This document shows, piece by piece, positions 29,361 through 38,911 of a DNA stretch of 64,000 nt. Both the position numbers and the translations under genes were made by a program. Origin of the DNA: an uncultured Bacteriovoracaceae bacterium (GTDB lineage Bacteria; Bdellovibrionota; Bacteriovoracia; Bacteriovoracales; Bacteriovoracaceae); contig CAXGUD010000022.1 of NCBI GenBank assembly GCA_964012805.1, forward strand, positions 1 to 64,000, read 5' to 3'. A model generated the notes under the pieces. It worked only from the letters and a program-made list of their open reading frames with translations, was not told where the DNA came from and searched no databases. Position 1 is the stretch's first letter, and each line of letters begins with the position of its first letter.

Positions 29361-32300
29361 TTAAAAGACCAATTAAATTTTAAGTCAGCTCCCGCTGAAT
29401 TCGTTGATTCATTTTCTGTCTCTGTAGATGATTTAATTTCATACACACCTTCTAATGAAATATTTGAATCAATTTTTAAGTCTAAATTCATTTCTTGAGT
29501 GGGATCCATAGATCCTCCAAGTGTACTAGATACAGATAAATCTAGCTTTTCAGTCAATTTTTTTTTGATTTTTATTTTTGTTGAACTTTTTATTTTACTA
29601 GAAGCATCGCTACCTCCCACTTGACTTTGAAGCAAGTTACTATCCACATCTTGACTTAGCTCGGGAAGAATACTCATTTTCAAACCCAGAGAGGATGTTA
29701 CTCCTTCATTTAGTCTAAACTGTTCCACAAGCAGACTACCCAAACCTATAGATGTCATGGATTCCCTGTCACTCTCCTCCATACTTTGAGAATCATTCGT
29801 TGTTATTCCAAAAGTCAAAAGAGAAAATATATCCTCTTTAGGCAAACTAGGTGTAGAAGAAAATTCAATCTTACTCTGATTAGCATTTCCAGTAATATTT
29901 AAATTAATTAAATACTCACCGACAACACTTTCTCCTAAAAAATTAAGTTCCGGGGATGTCCTACGAAACTCATCTTTAAAAACAACCGACCCATTTTTTA
30001 AAATGAATTCATTCCCCTTAAAGACAAATCTACTTTTCATGGGGATTAAGTTTAATTTTCCCCTAAATAATGGCTCTTCAATGCTTCCTACAACATTAAG
30101 TTGACCATCAAAATTCAAATTAGAAAAGTTATTCCTAATCATAATAGGATTAATAATATCAAAAGTAGCATCTATATTAATTATCTCCTGGTCTTCAATT
30201 AACTTTTCTTTTGGAAAATAAATAAGGTACTGTGCATTTCGTCCTCCCTTTTTAGTTAAACTTGAAAGAGGGTCCAAAATACTGCCACCAAAAATAAGAT
30301 GCTCACCTTTAACGACATACGGCAATCTATTTCCATTTACGCTTCCCTTTCCAGAAATAATGACATTTGAATTATCCAGAAGAAACATATTAGAGTTCGA
30401 AACTTTATATTTAATATCAATTTCTGGATAGGGTAAGGATATCTTAATAGTTCCACCAAGGCTCACATCCCCTTTGCCATACTTTAAATTAAATTTTTGA
30501 ATTAAAAAGTCTTCATTTTCTCCTAACAAATAGAGGTTTAAGTTTTCAAACCTTCCAGGTATATCATCTATACCAAAATCAATACCTTTTCCTTTTAGAT
30601 CTAGAGCAGTTTTAAAGCTCCCTTTTCTTCTATCTAGTAGATAGCGGCCTTCAACCACTCCAGACTCCACCTTAATCTTTGATGATAAGATCTCAACCCA
30701 GGAAGAGTGGAACTTAAATATATTTTCAATTTCAAATTCTTCAGAAAGACTTCCCTTTCCTATAGAGTGAAAAAAATCTTCCTCACCTCCAATCTTTAGG
30801 TTCCATTTACTAATATCTCCATTAATTATCTTAATCTTTGACTTTTGGTCTCCAATTGAAAACCTTTTCCCCTCCCTAACCACCGTAAATTCATCAAAAG
30901 AAAGCTCCGATGTCATTTCTAGCGGATTATATAAATTAAATTTTGCAAAGAACGCCCCTAAAATCTTGCCTTCCAAGGTTTCATCATTAGAGTTATGTAT
31001 AGATACAATACTAAAAAATTCTTTTATATTTAAAATATTAATTTTCCCTTTTAAAAAAGAATTTTCTTGTTTCTCTTTCGTAAAAGCCAAATTACTTTCA
31101 AAAGTCAAAGAATCGCCTAAAAAAGATCCTTTTGTAATCAAGATATCATTTTTACTTTTGATGTCTAAATTACTGTCAGGTAAAACCTTTCCTCTTATGC
31201 TAGAGTTTTTTAAATAAAATCCCCCCTTAGAAAAAAACTCTTTTTTTCCTAATCTAAGACTTAGGCTCCCATTTATATCACTATCAAGACCAGGAAAAAC
31301 TGCTTTAAAATAATTGAAATCAGAAATCTTTAATTTTTTTAAAGTCAAATTTGAATCAAATTCATTTTTTCCAAACTTGTAATTAAACGAACCATTTATT
31401 GCACCCGCACCTTTATTAACAATAAATTTTTCCATATTTAAAAAATTATCTAAGTAAAAGAAATTCGTTTTTATAGGACCTATTGGTTCACCAAATAATT
31501 TAAACCTAAATAATCTAGCTTTTCCTATAACTTTAATTTTATCTCTTGATAATTTCCCACTAACATTAAAGTCAGAAGAAAAAAAAGCTGGTATGCTATT
31601 TAATCTTTGGTAATGCTTAGGCAAATGCTCTTTAAATATCCTATAGCCATCATCAGTTCTAGATTTATCAAATTTAATTGCAAGATTGATATAACCTAAT
31701 TTATTAAAATCTATACTACCATTTCCTTTATATGTGGAAAGGCCAGAAATACCTATATAGTCTTTAATTTTTAGTTTAAATTTTTCTAAATCCAACTCCA
31801 GACTCGAACTTACTATTCCGAGGTTTAAGTCTATTACTGAAAATCCATCAACTTTTTTTAATATAATATTCAATTTTTTTTTATTTTTTTTACTCTTTAA
31901 AAATAAATCAAACGTTCCCCTACCCCGAATTTTCGTATTGTAGATTGGTCCTAAGGCCTCAAGATCTATATAAGAATTTTTAGATTCAAAATTATAATTT
32001 TCACCTTTAATATCACCAAGTATTTTTAAGTTTGAATTTTTAAAAGATAGATTTGCAATAATTTTAATATTGTTCTTATCTATAATATCTAGCTTTGTAT
32101 TACCAATTAAAATCTTGCTGTTAGATAAAATCACCTTCTTCCTATCAGAGCTTAAAAACTTAAACTTACGAATATTGAATCTATTTCCAAAAAATAAAGA
32201 TAATTTTCCACCCTTAAATTTTTCAATTTTAACCTTCCCAAAAAGGTTACCCTTTACATTCAATTGCTCTCTTTCTGAAAAAAATACCTTATCAATTGAA

Positions 32301-33379
32301 GCTTTTTCAAATTCGATTTCTATATTTTTAAAAGAATTATTTAAATTTGAAGCTTTACCCAACTTCTGTTTCTTTATCCGAACCTCACCATCATTAACAG
32401 ATAAACGATTGATAAAAATTGACCCATCTCTATATACTAGGATCCCCTTACTTACATCTATTGGGTAATAATCATTTAATACTTTTCCTGTGCTAAATGA
32501 TAAATCCAAAATAGGTTTATCAAACTCTCCGGAAACTTTAACCTTTGTGCGCACCGCTCCATTTATTTTTTCTGTTTTTAGAAAGTTAAAGCTCTTCAAA
32601 AAACTTAAACTACCGTTAAAGTATCCAGAAAGATTTAACTTATTTCTATTATTTAATTCTTCTATTGATCCACTTAAACCAAGTTCATCAATCATCGATT
32701 TAATGTTTAATTTATTTAGCCTCCATTCTTTTTCTTTTATCTGCAGATCAACCTCTAAGTAATCTAAAGGGTATTCTATAATCTGATTCAATTTAAAATT
32801 TTTTAATTTAAATTTAGCTTCAATATCACTTGATGATATCTCTAATTTCAACTCTTCCGCTTCTAGACTAGAATCTAAAAAATTAATTACTGTTCTTTCA
32901 AAGACTAAATTTCGTAAATCTACCTTAAGATTACCCAAGAAATTGCTTTTAATTTTGGAAAAGACGTCTGTTAGCTTAAAGGAGCTATTATCTTTATTAG
33001 GATTATAAAAGCTCTTTAACTTTTTATTTAAATAAACATTTCCATTCTCAAACTTTAAACGTCTAACATTAAACTTATTAGATAGAAGATCCAATAACCC
33101 GTATGAAAGGTTTAAACTTTCTGCATCTAATTTCACTGTGTTTTCTTCTGTACTACCCATTTTAAAAGAAATTTTCTTTAAAACGGTTACAGGAGGAAAT
33201 AAATTAACTTCCATTTTTTTGAAACTTAAAGAAATACCAGCTTTTTTTAATATATTTTCGGATATTTTCTGTGATACAAAATTTGAAAATCGCTCTGTTT
33301 GAATAGCTTGAAAAAAGATCGACACAGCAACCAAAATCCCTAGAAAAAATAAAATAACAACCCTATTTATTCTTCCCAA
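29357..33379 (-). CDS. tamB: TamB/AsmA-like translocation-assembly module protein
   Basis: N-terminal anchor, long beta-rich body, C-terminal SSTPSLPKEDIFSLLTFG (TamB/DUF490-like), ends in WSFK. Confidence 0.85.
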   Translation of the reverse strand: MGRINRVVILFFLGILVAVSIFFQAIQTERFSNFVSQKISENILKKAGISLSFKKMEVNLFPPVTVLKKISFKMGSTEENTVKLDAESLNLSYGLLDLLSNKFNVRRLKFENGNVYLNKKLKSFYNPNKDNSSFKLTDVFSKIKSNFLGNLKVDLRNLVFERTVINFLDSSLEAEELKLEISSSDIEAKFKLKNFKLNQIIEYPLDYLEVDLQIKEKEWRLNKLNIKSMIDELGLSGSIEELNNRNKLNLSGYFNGSLSFLKSFNFLKTEKINGAVRTKVKVSGEFDKPILDLSFSTGKVLNDYYPIDVSKGILVYRDGSIFINRLSVNDGEVRIKKQKLGKASNLNNSFKNIEIEFEKASIDKVFFSEREQLNVKGNLFGKVKIEKFKGGKLSLFFGNRFNIRKFKFLSSDRKKVILSNSKILIGNTKLDIIDKNNIKIIANLSFKNSNLKILGDIKGENYNFESKNSYIDLEALGPIYNTKIRGRGTFDLFLKSKKNKKKLNIILKKVDGFSVIDLNLGIVSSSLELDLEKFKLKIKDYIGISGLSTYKGNGSIDFNKLGYINLAIKFDKSRTDDGYRIFKEHLPKHYQRLNSIPAFFSSDFNVSGKLSRDKIKVIGKARLFRFKLFGEPIGPIKTNFFYLDNFLNMEKFIVNKGAGAINGSFNYKFGKNEFDSNLTLKKLKISDFNYFKAVFPGLDSDINGSLSLRLGKKEFFSKGGFYLKNSSIRGKVLPDSNLDIKSKNDILITKGSFLGDSLTFESNLAFTKEKQENSFLKGKINILNIKEFFSIVSIHNSNDETLEGKILGAFFAKFNLYNPLEMTSELSFDEFTVVREGKRFSIGDQKSKIKIINGDISKWNLKIGGEEDFFHSIGKGSLSEEFEIENIFKFHSSWVEILSSKIKVESGVVEGRYLLDRRKGSFKTALDLKGKGIDFGIDDIPGRFENLNLYLLGENEDFLIQKFNLKYGKGDVSLGGTIKISLPYPEIDIKYKVSNSNMFLLDNSNVIISGKGSVNGNRLPYVVKGEHLIFGGSILDPLSSLTKKGGRNAQYLIYFPKEKLIEDQEIINIDATFDIINPIMIRNNFSNLNFDGQLNVVGSIEEPLFRGKLNLIPMKSRFVFKGNEFILKNGSVVFKDEFRRTSPELNFLGESVVGEYLINLNITGNANQSKIEFSSTPSLPKEDIFSLLTFGITTNDSQSMEESDRESMTSIGLGSLLVEQFRLNEGVTSSLGLKMSILPELSQDVDSNLLQSQVGGSDASSKIKSSTKIKIKKKLTEKLDLSVSSTLGGSMDPTQEMNLDLKIDSNISLEGVYEIKSSTETENESTNSAGADLKFNWSFK

Positions 33380-34784
33380 TGTCTTCCAACCTTTGTGTCA
33401 CAATTCTAAAAGAAGGGTTCATCCCCTGAATCTCTAAAAAAACCTGTTTTGCCTCTTTTAATCTCCCCATGTTCCAAAGTGCCTCACCCTTTAAATAGTA
33501 GATTGGCAAATAATCGCTTTCCAAAAGATTGTAAGATTGTAGTATATTTAAAGACCTTACTAATAGTTTTTCCCAATCTTCTTTTAAGTTGTATATTTCA
33601 CACACTAAATACTCATATTCCAGCTTATTTTTTATATTTAAAGCAGAAAACCTATTATTGCTTTCAAGGCTAAAAATTAAATAATCTAAAATAGAAAAAG
33701 CTTTCATTTGAATAAAGCAAATCAACCAATCGAATATATTTTTTTCTATTTTTTCAAAAGGAATTTTTTTCAAAAAAACCAGCAATTTTTTTTCACCAGT
33801 AATAAATTCTTGGTTTAAATCAATTGAATTATTAAATTTATTAAAAGATTCATTCCTAATATCTGAAGAGATCAATTCTTTTTCTAAAAAAAGATTATCT
33901 CTGTCCAAGACTTTAGTGCTATTAGAATTATCCTCCTTACTCTTCTTGATTACCTCAAAATCTACCCCAAAACCTTTGTATTTACTCTTTATTTTGCGAG
34001 AGAAATAGTCATAACTAACTCCATCAAATCCAAAAATAACAAAATATCTATGAAAGGATGTTAGTAAGTTATGACAATCTAAAATAGTATTGTTCACACC
34101 TGTATGATTTAAATCTAAAACAAGCTTGTTTAAGTATGTCTCAGAATATAGCCACCAGTTAACTCCTTTTTTCTCCCATAGCTCTTGTAAAGAGCTATAC
34201 CAACTTGGTAACGAACTGTGATCTAACAGAAAGCTCCTCTTATACCTATTAAAGATTTTAATAAATTCTTCTAAATCTCCTGTCCTACCTAGAGCTTTTA
34301 ACCAAAAAGAGTATAACCAGTCCTCTAACCTAATTTTTTCATCCAACTGCGACACTAAATAAATGATTCTTTCATTCAATTTATTTGTATCCAAAAAAGA
34401 TAGGTAACTTAAAGCCTTTTCTTTCGCAAGCTCCAAATCACCTTCCTCTATCAAAATTAGAATATACTCTATGAAGAAATAATTCCTGAGATAATAATCG
34501 TTCTTTGACAACTCTTCTAATTCGTCTAATAAGGTTACGTTACGTAATTTCAAATCTGAATAAATCTCACTTAAAGCAAGTAATGAAAAAAAGGTATATT
34601 TAAAATTACTAATTTTTCTAAAATGGAGTAATTGCTTCTCTAAAAAGTCTTTTTGTTCACTGGTAGAAAGTTTTGTCTCACTAAAAAGAGCATGGCTTAT
34701 TTTTAGATTAAAAACTTTTTCTTTCTTTTTAATTTTTTCAATTAAGGAGTCAAAATGAATCAAAATATTATCCCTACAAAACAC
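33363..34784 (-). CDS. TPR protein, positional homolog of Myxococcus SgmX / Bdellovibrio Bd2492
   Basis: C-terminal TPR YYLKGEALWNMGRLKEAKQVF...NPSFRIVTQRL; lies between accC and tamB-tamA. Confidence 0.6.
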   Translation of the reverse strand: MFCRDNILIHFDSLIEKIKKKEKVFNLKISHALFSETKLSTSEQKDFLEKQLLHFRKISNFKYTFFSLLALSEIYSDLKLRNVTLLDELEELSKNDYYLRNYFFIEYILILIEEGDLELAKEKALSYLSFLDTNKLNERIIYLVSQLDEKIRLEDWLYSFWLKALGRTGDLEEFIKIFNRYKRSFLLDHSSLPSWYSSLQELWEKKGVNWWLYSETYLNKLVLDLNHTGVNNTILDCHNLLTSFHRYFVIFGFDGVSYDYFSRKIKSKYKGFGVDFEVIKKSKEDNSNSTKVLDRDNLFLEKELISSDIRNESFNKFNNSIDLNQEFITGEKKLLVFLKKIPFEKIEKNIFDWLICFIQMKAFSILDYLIFSLESNNRFSALNIKNKLEYEYLVCEIYNLKEDWEKLLVRSLNILQSYNLLESDYLPIYYLKGEALWNMGRLKEAKQVFLEIQGMNPSFRIVTQRLEDIGKNK

Positions 34785-34844
34785 AACAGAAATGCTACCT
34801 TTTATTCAAAAAGTGAGCTATCTTATTGATTCTATAGTGATATT

Positions 34845-36188
34845 TTAATTCATTTTCTCTTGGAGAAAATTAGTAGAGTAATTATTTCCTCTAAAATCCG
34901 GATGATTAATTATTTTTATGTGAAGAGGGGCATTTGTCTTTATTCCTTCTATAATAACCTCATCCAAAGCTCGGTTCATCCTTTCTAAACATTCTTCTCT
35001 GGTTAAAGCATGTACTATAACCTTACCTAACATAGAGTCATAAAAAGGAGGTACTCTGTAGCCTGAGTAAATAAAATCATCAATTCTAACACCTATTCCC
35101 GCAGGCCTATAATAGTGCAAAATTTTTCCAGGAGATGGCATCTGAGTATCAGGGTCCTCGGCATTTAATCTGCATTCCAAAGAGTGACCTGTAAAAACAA
35201 TCTCTTTTTGAGAAAAGCTTAGTTTCTCTTCCATAGCAGACTTAATTTGCTGAGAAATTAAGTCAATTTTTGTTCTTTCCTCAGTAATCGGGTGCTCAAC
35301 CTGTATTCTTGTATTCATTTCCATGAAGTAAAATTTTTCTTCGTCCTGGTCATAAAGAAACTCGACAGTACCTACAGAGTCATAATTAACATACTTGGCC
35401 AAATCTACTGCCGCTTTACAAATTTCCTGCCTTTTCTTTTCTTTCAAAACAGGCGATGGAGACTCTTCTATAATTTTTTGGAATCTCCTTTGGATTGTAC
35501 AATCTCTTTCACCAAGGTGAACTACATTTCCATGCTTATCAGCCAGGATCTGAACTTCAATATGCCTTGGGTTTGTAATATATTTTTCAATGAAAAGTGT
35601 ATCATCGCCAAAACCAGCCTTAGCTTCTAGCTTCATTCTTTTTAAAGACGGCAAAAGATCGTTCATATCGTCGATCTTTTTCATACCTCGGCCACCGCCT
35701 CCAGCAGAAGCCTTAATCAATACAGGTAAACCCAAAAGCTCAGCATCCCTTAAAATATCTTCATCTTTTCTATTTTTAACCTCAACTGGACAAAGAACGG
35801 GTAAACCTGCCTTCTTAGCTAATTCCTTCGAAAAAATTTTATCACCCATTTTTTCAATACAATCCTCATTTGGACCAATAAATACAATTCCCCACTTTTT
35901 ACAGAGACTGGAAAATTCTTTATTTTCAGAGAGAAAGCCAAAACCAGGATGGATCGCCTCAGCTCCAGTTATTTCGGCAGCAGAGAGGATTGAAGGGATA
36001 TTCAAATAACTCGCAGTTGACTTAGCTGGACCAATACATACTGACTCATCAGCCAACTTGACGTGAAGAGAGTTTTCGTCTGCAGTAGAATGCACGCAAA
36101 CAGTCTCTATCCCCATCTCTTTGCAAGTTCTCAAAATTCTTACGGCGATTTCTCCACGATTAGCAATAAGAATTTTTTTAAATTTCAT
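34845..36188 (-). CDS. accC: Acetyl-CoA carboxylase biotin carboxylase
   Basis: ANRGEIAVR, GGGGRGM, EMNTRIQVEHP. Confidence 0.98.
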   Translation of the reverse strand: MKFKKILIANRGEIAVRILRTCKEMGIETVCVHSTADENSLHVKLADESVCIGPAKSTASYLNIPSILSAAEITGAEAIHPGFGFLSENKEFSSLCKKWGIVFIGPNEDCIEKMGDKIFSKELAKKAGLPVLCPVEVKNRKDEDILRDAELLGLPVLIKASAGGGGRGMKKIDDMNDLLPSLKRMKLEAKAGFGDDTLFIEKYITNPRHIEVQILADKHGNVVHLGERDCTIQRRFQKIIEESPSPVLKEKKRQEICKAAVDLAKYVNYDSVGTVEFLYDQDEEKFYFMEMNTRIQVEHPITEERTKIDLISQQIKSAMEEKLSFSQKEIVFTGHSLECRLNAEDPDTQMPSPGKILHYYRPAGIGVRIDDFIYSGYRVPPFYDSMLGKVIVHALTREECLERMNRALDEVIIEGIKTNAPLHIKIINHPDFRGNNYSTNFLQEKMN

Positions 36189-36215
36189 TATTAAACCTTT
36201 TAAAAAGTTAGTATT

Positions 36216-36680
36216 CTAGCGTCTTAGCTTGAAAAGGACCTGACCAAATTCAACATAGTTTTCATTTTCAACGCAAACTTCAAGAACTTCACCAGATACA
36301 TCCGACTCAATTTCATTCATAATTTTCATAGCTTCTACTATGCAAAGAACTTTTCCTGGACTAACTTTATCTCCCGGCTTCACAAAAGAATCCGCTTCTG
36401 GAGAAGGAGACCTATAAAATGTTCCAACAAAAGGAGAGGTAATTTCGATAATATTTTCATCTTTTGAACTAGAATCAATCTTATCAGCCGCCCCACTCAC
36501 TTCTTTAGGCATTGAAGGGGAGTGACTCAGAGTATGCTGTGGGACGCCTACAACTTGTTGAATGCTAGAAGCTACAGGCAAAGTAACTGAATATTTTTCT
36601 TTTTCAGATTCATATTTCAGCTCAGAAACTCCCGAGTCCTTTGCAAACTGAACAAATTTCTCTAATTTTTCCAAATCCAT
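36216..36680 (-). CDS. accB: Biotin carboxyl carrier protein
   Basis: [16 protein letters not shown] biotinylation motif. Confidence 0.98.
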   Translation of the reverse strand: MDLEKLEKFVQFAKDSGVSELKYESEKEKYSVTLPVASSIQQVVGVPQHTLSHSPSMPKEVSGAADKIDSSSKDENIIEITSPFVGTFYRSPSPEADSFVKPGDKVSPGKVLCIVEAMKIMNEIESDVSGEVLEVCVENENYVEFGQVLFKLRR

Positions 36681-36733
36681 TATTTCAACCTTATTTTATA
36701 TTTTAATTTTATTTCAATGATCCTACTCAAACA

Positions 36734-37303
36734 TTATTCTTTAACTCTTTCTACATAATCTCGAGTTCTAGTATCTACTTTTAAAACTTCGTCTTCCTTA
36801 ATGAAAAGAGGAACATTTAGCTGCAGTCCTGTTTCCATTATCGCTTTCTTTAAGCCTCCAGAGGCAGTATCACCTTTCAAACCTGGGTCTGTCTGCTTGA
36901 CTCGAAGGTTTACAAAATTAGGAAATTCTATAGATATCGGTCTTTTATTATAATAGAGGATAGTACACCGAACACCTTCCCTCAAGAAGTCTTTCGACTC
37001 AGATACCTGATCCTTAGTCACGTGGATTGTCTCATAACTATCTTGATCCATAAAGTTGAAGCCTTCCATATCATCATAAAGGTATTCCATTTCTTTCTCT
37101 TCCAGGTCTGGTGCGATAGCTCCCGTAGAGACTCCAGACTTAAAAGTCTTTTCAATAACAGCACCCGTTTCAAGGTTTTTTAATCTCGTTTTTACAAATG
37201 CAGAACCTTTGCCCGGGTTCACATGGTCTGATTTAAGAATAACAAACACCTTTCTGTCTATTTCAATTTTTAAACCTTTTTTAAGATCTGTTGTACTAAA
37301 CAT
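36734..37303 (-). CDS. efp: Elongation factor P
   Basis: HVNPGKGSAF, PGLKGDTA, VPLFI. Confidence 0.98.
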   Translation of the reverse strand: MFSTTDLKKGLKIEIDRKVFVILKSDHVNPGKGSAFVKTRLKNLETGAVIEKTFKSGVSTGAIAPDLEEKEMEYLYDDMEGFNFMDQDSYETIHVTKDQVSESKDFLREGVRCTILYYNKRPISIEFPNFVNLRVKQTDPGLKGDTASGGLKKAIMETGLQLNVPLFIKEDEVLKVDTRTRDYVERVKE

Positions 37304-37759
37304 TTAAAAATCCTCTTCTGTAATCTGAGATATAATACTTAAAAAATACACTTCTTTTCCAAAGCCTTCAATTATGGCGTTACTACTTTTAGCCGTCAAC
37401 CTAGTGTGGCGAAAGCTTTCCCGATTATAGGTATTACTTAAATGAACTTCAATAACCTTATACTCAATGAGCTTAAGGGCATCAAGTATTGCAACACTTG
37501 TATGTGAATATGCTGCAGGATTTATAATCAGTGCGTCTAGACTCTCTAGACTCGCCTTTTGAATTCTATCGACTATCTCACCCTCTAAATTGGACTGAAA
37601 CCAGTCAATATTCACGTACTTACAAAAAGAGTGAACCCTTTTTTCCGTATACTCTTGGATCTCCTTAAGGCTTAAGCTTCCATAAATTTCAGGCTCTCTT
37701 TTTCCTAAAAAGTTTAAATTTGGCCCATTAATAACCAAGAACTTTCTTTTATTAACCAT
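37304..37759 (-). CDS. aroQ: Type II 3-dehydroquinate dehydratase
   Basis: NGPNLNFLGKREPEIYG, NPAAYSHTSVA, EVHLSN. Confidence 0.97.
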   Translation of the reverse strand: MVNKRKFLVINGPNLNFLGKREPEIYGSLSLKEIQEYTEKRVHSFCKYVNIDWFQSNLEGEIVDRIQKASLESLDALIINPAAYSHTSVAILDALKLIEYKVIEVHLSNTYNRESFRHTRLTAKSSNAIIEGFGKEVYFLSIISQITEEDF

Positions 37760-37876
37760 AGCGAAAAACCTTTGACTAACTTATGGCGCGTCAAAGTAAC
37801 AATGATAACTTCTCTTGTAAAGCTAAAGAGTGTTTATAACCATTAAATTTAGTGAGATTTTTATAATGAGTTTGCT

Positions 37877-38902
37877 CTATGCTTCCTTAAAACTTTCCGC
37901 CCTTTTTTTAAGCTCATTAAGAAAGCTATTCATACGGCCCTTAACTATTAAGAAATCTTTTTCAATTCTTGGATCCTCATGGTGTACTTTGCTTTCTACC
38001 TCAGGTTCTTTTTCACGATGAAACTCTAGTTCCTGACGCTTGTCTGTTAAAGTCTTATCACTTGGATTTAGAGATATTAGCTTTTCAAGTACATCCAAAG
38101 CTTTATCTTTATAACCTTGGGAAATATAAAGATCTACCAAAGTAAGTGTTACAATAGACTCGTCATTCTTACTTTCACTCTTAATTTTTTCTGATTCGTG
38201 TTTAGGGTCCATTTCAAAGTCATTCGTAGCAGAAATATTCTTTTTAACCAGCTCATTTCTAACGCTTGGAAGCTCTTTCACCCTCTCGTCAAAATCAAAA
38301 GTTTCTTGTTTATTTCTTAAAACATTACCCTCTATTTCCTCAACAGAATTTGTATTTGGTTTCGTCAAATCTTTTTGAATCCATCTACTTTTTTCGCTCT
38401 CACTATCATTAAAAAGATTAATGTCATTTGTCGGAATCTCATTAATAGTTAATTCATTTTGTATTAAAGAGTTATTAAATTGTTCCTCAATTTTTTTAAC
38501 TGCTTTGGATATATTCTTATCTCTCGGATTTAAAAAAAGTAAAAACTTATAAGTATCAAGAGCCTCCTCAAAATAGCCAAGCTCAAAACAAATACTTCCA
38601 AAAAGCTTTTGCAACCTTATATTGTCTCTTGAACCCTCAACAAAAGGCCTAACAGTAGAGTAAGCAAGTTCTAATTTTCCTATGTCCTTATAGCAAAAAG
38701 CTAATCCTAAATAACCCATAAGATAAGAAGGGTGATTTTTAATTCCCTTTTTAAGCAAATCAAAAGCTTTATCTCTCATCCCGAGTTTTCTATAAGCTTC
38801 AGCGAGCGGTGCAAAAACACGGGACTTGGGATTTTTTTCGTAAGCATCTAGATACTTAACCAATAACGGTGATGTTAATCCACTTTTTTGCATTTTCCTC
38901 AC
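37877..38902 (-). CDS. TPR protein downstream of pilQ
   Basis: NPKSRVFAPLAEAYRKLG N-terminal TPRs; low-complexity linker; TLTLVDLYISQG C-terminal TPR. Confidence 0.85.
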   Translation of the reverse strand: MRKMQKSGLTSPLLVKYLDAYEKNPKSRVFAPLAEAYRKLGMRDKAFDLLKKGIKNHPSYLMGYLGLAFCYKDIGKLELAYSTVRPFVEGSRDNIRLQKLFGSICFELGYFEEALDTYKFLLFLNPRDKNISKAVKKIEEQFNNSLIQNELTINEIPTNDINLFNDSESEKSRWIQKDLTKPNTNSVEEIEGNVLRNKQETFDFDERVKELPSVRNELVKKNISATNDFEMDPKHESEKIKSESKNDESIVTLTLVDLYISQGYKDKALDVLEKLISLNPSDKTLTDKRQELEFHREKEPEVESKVHHEDPRIEKDFLIVKGRMNSFLNELKKRAESFKEA

Positions 38903-38911
38903 CTCAAGACT

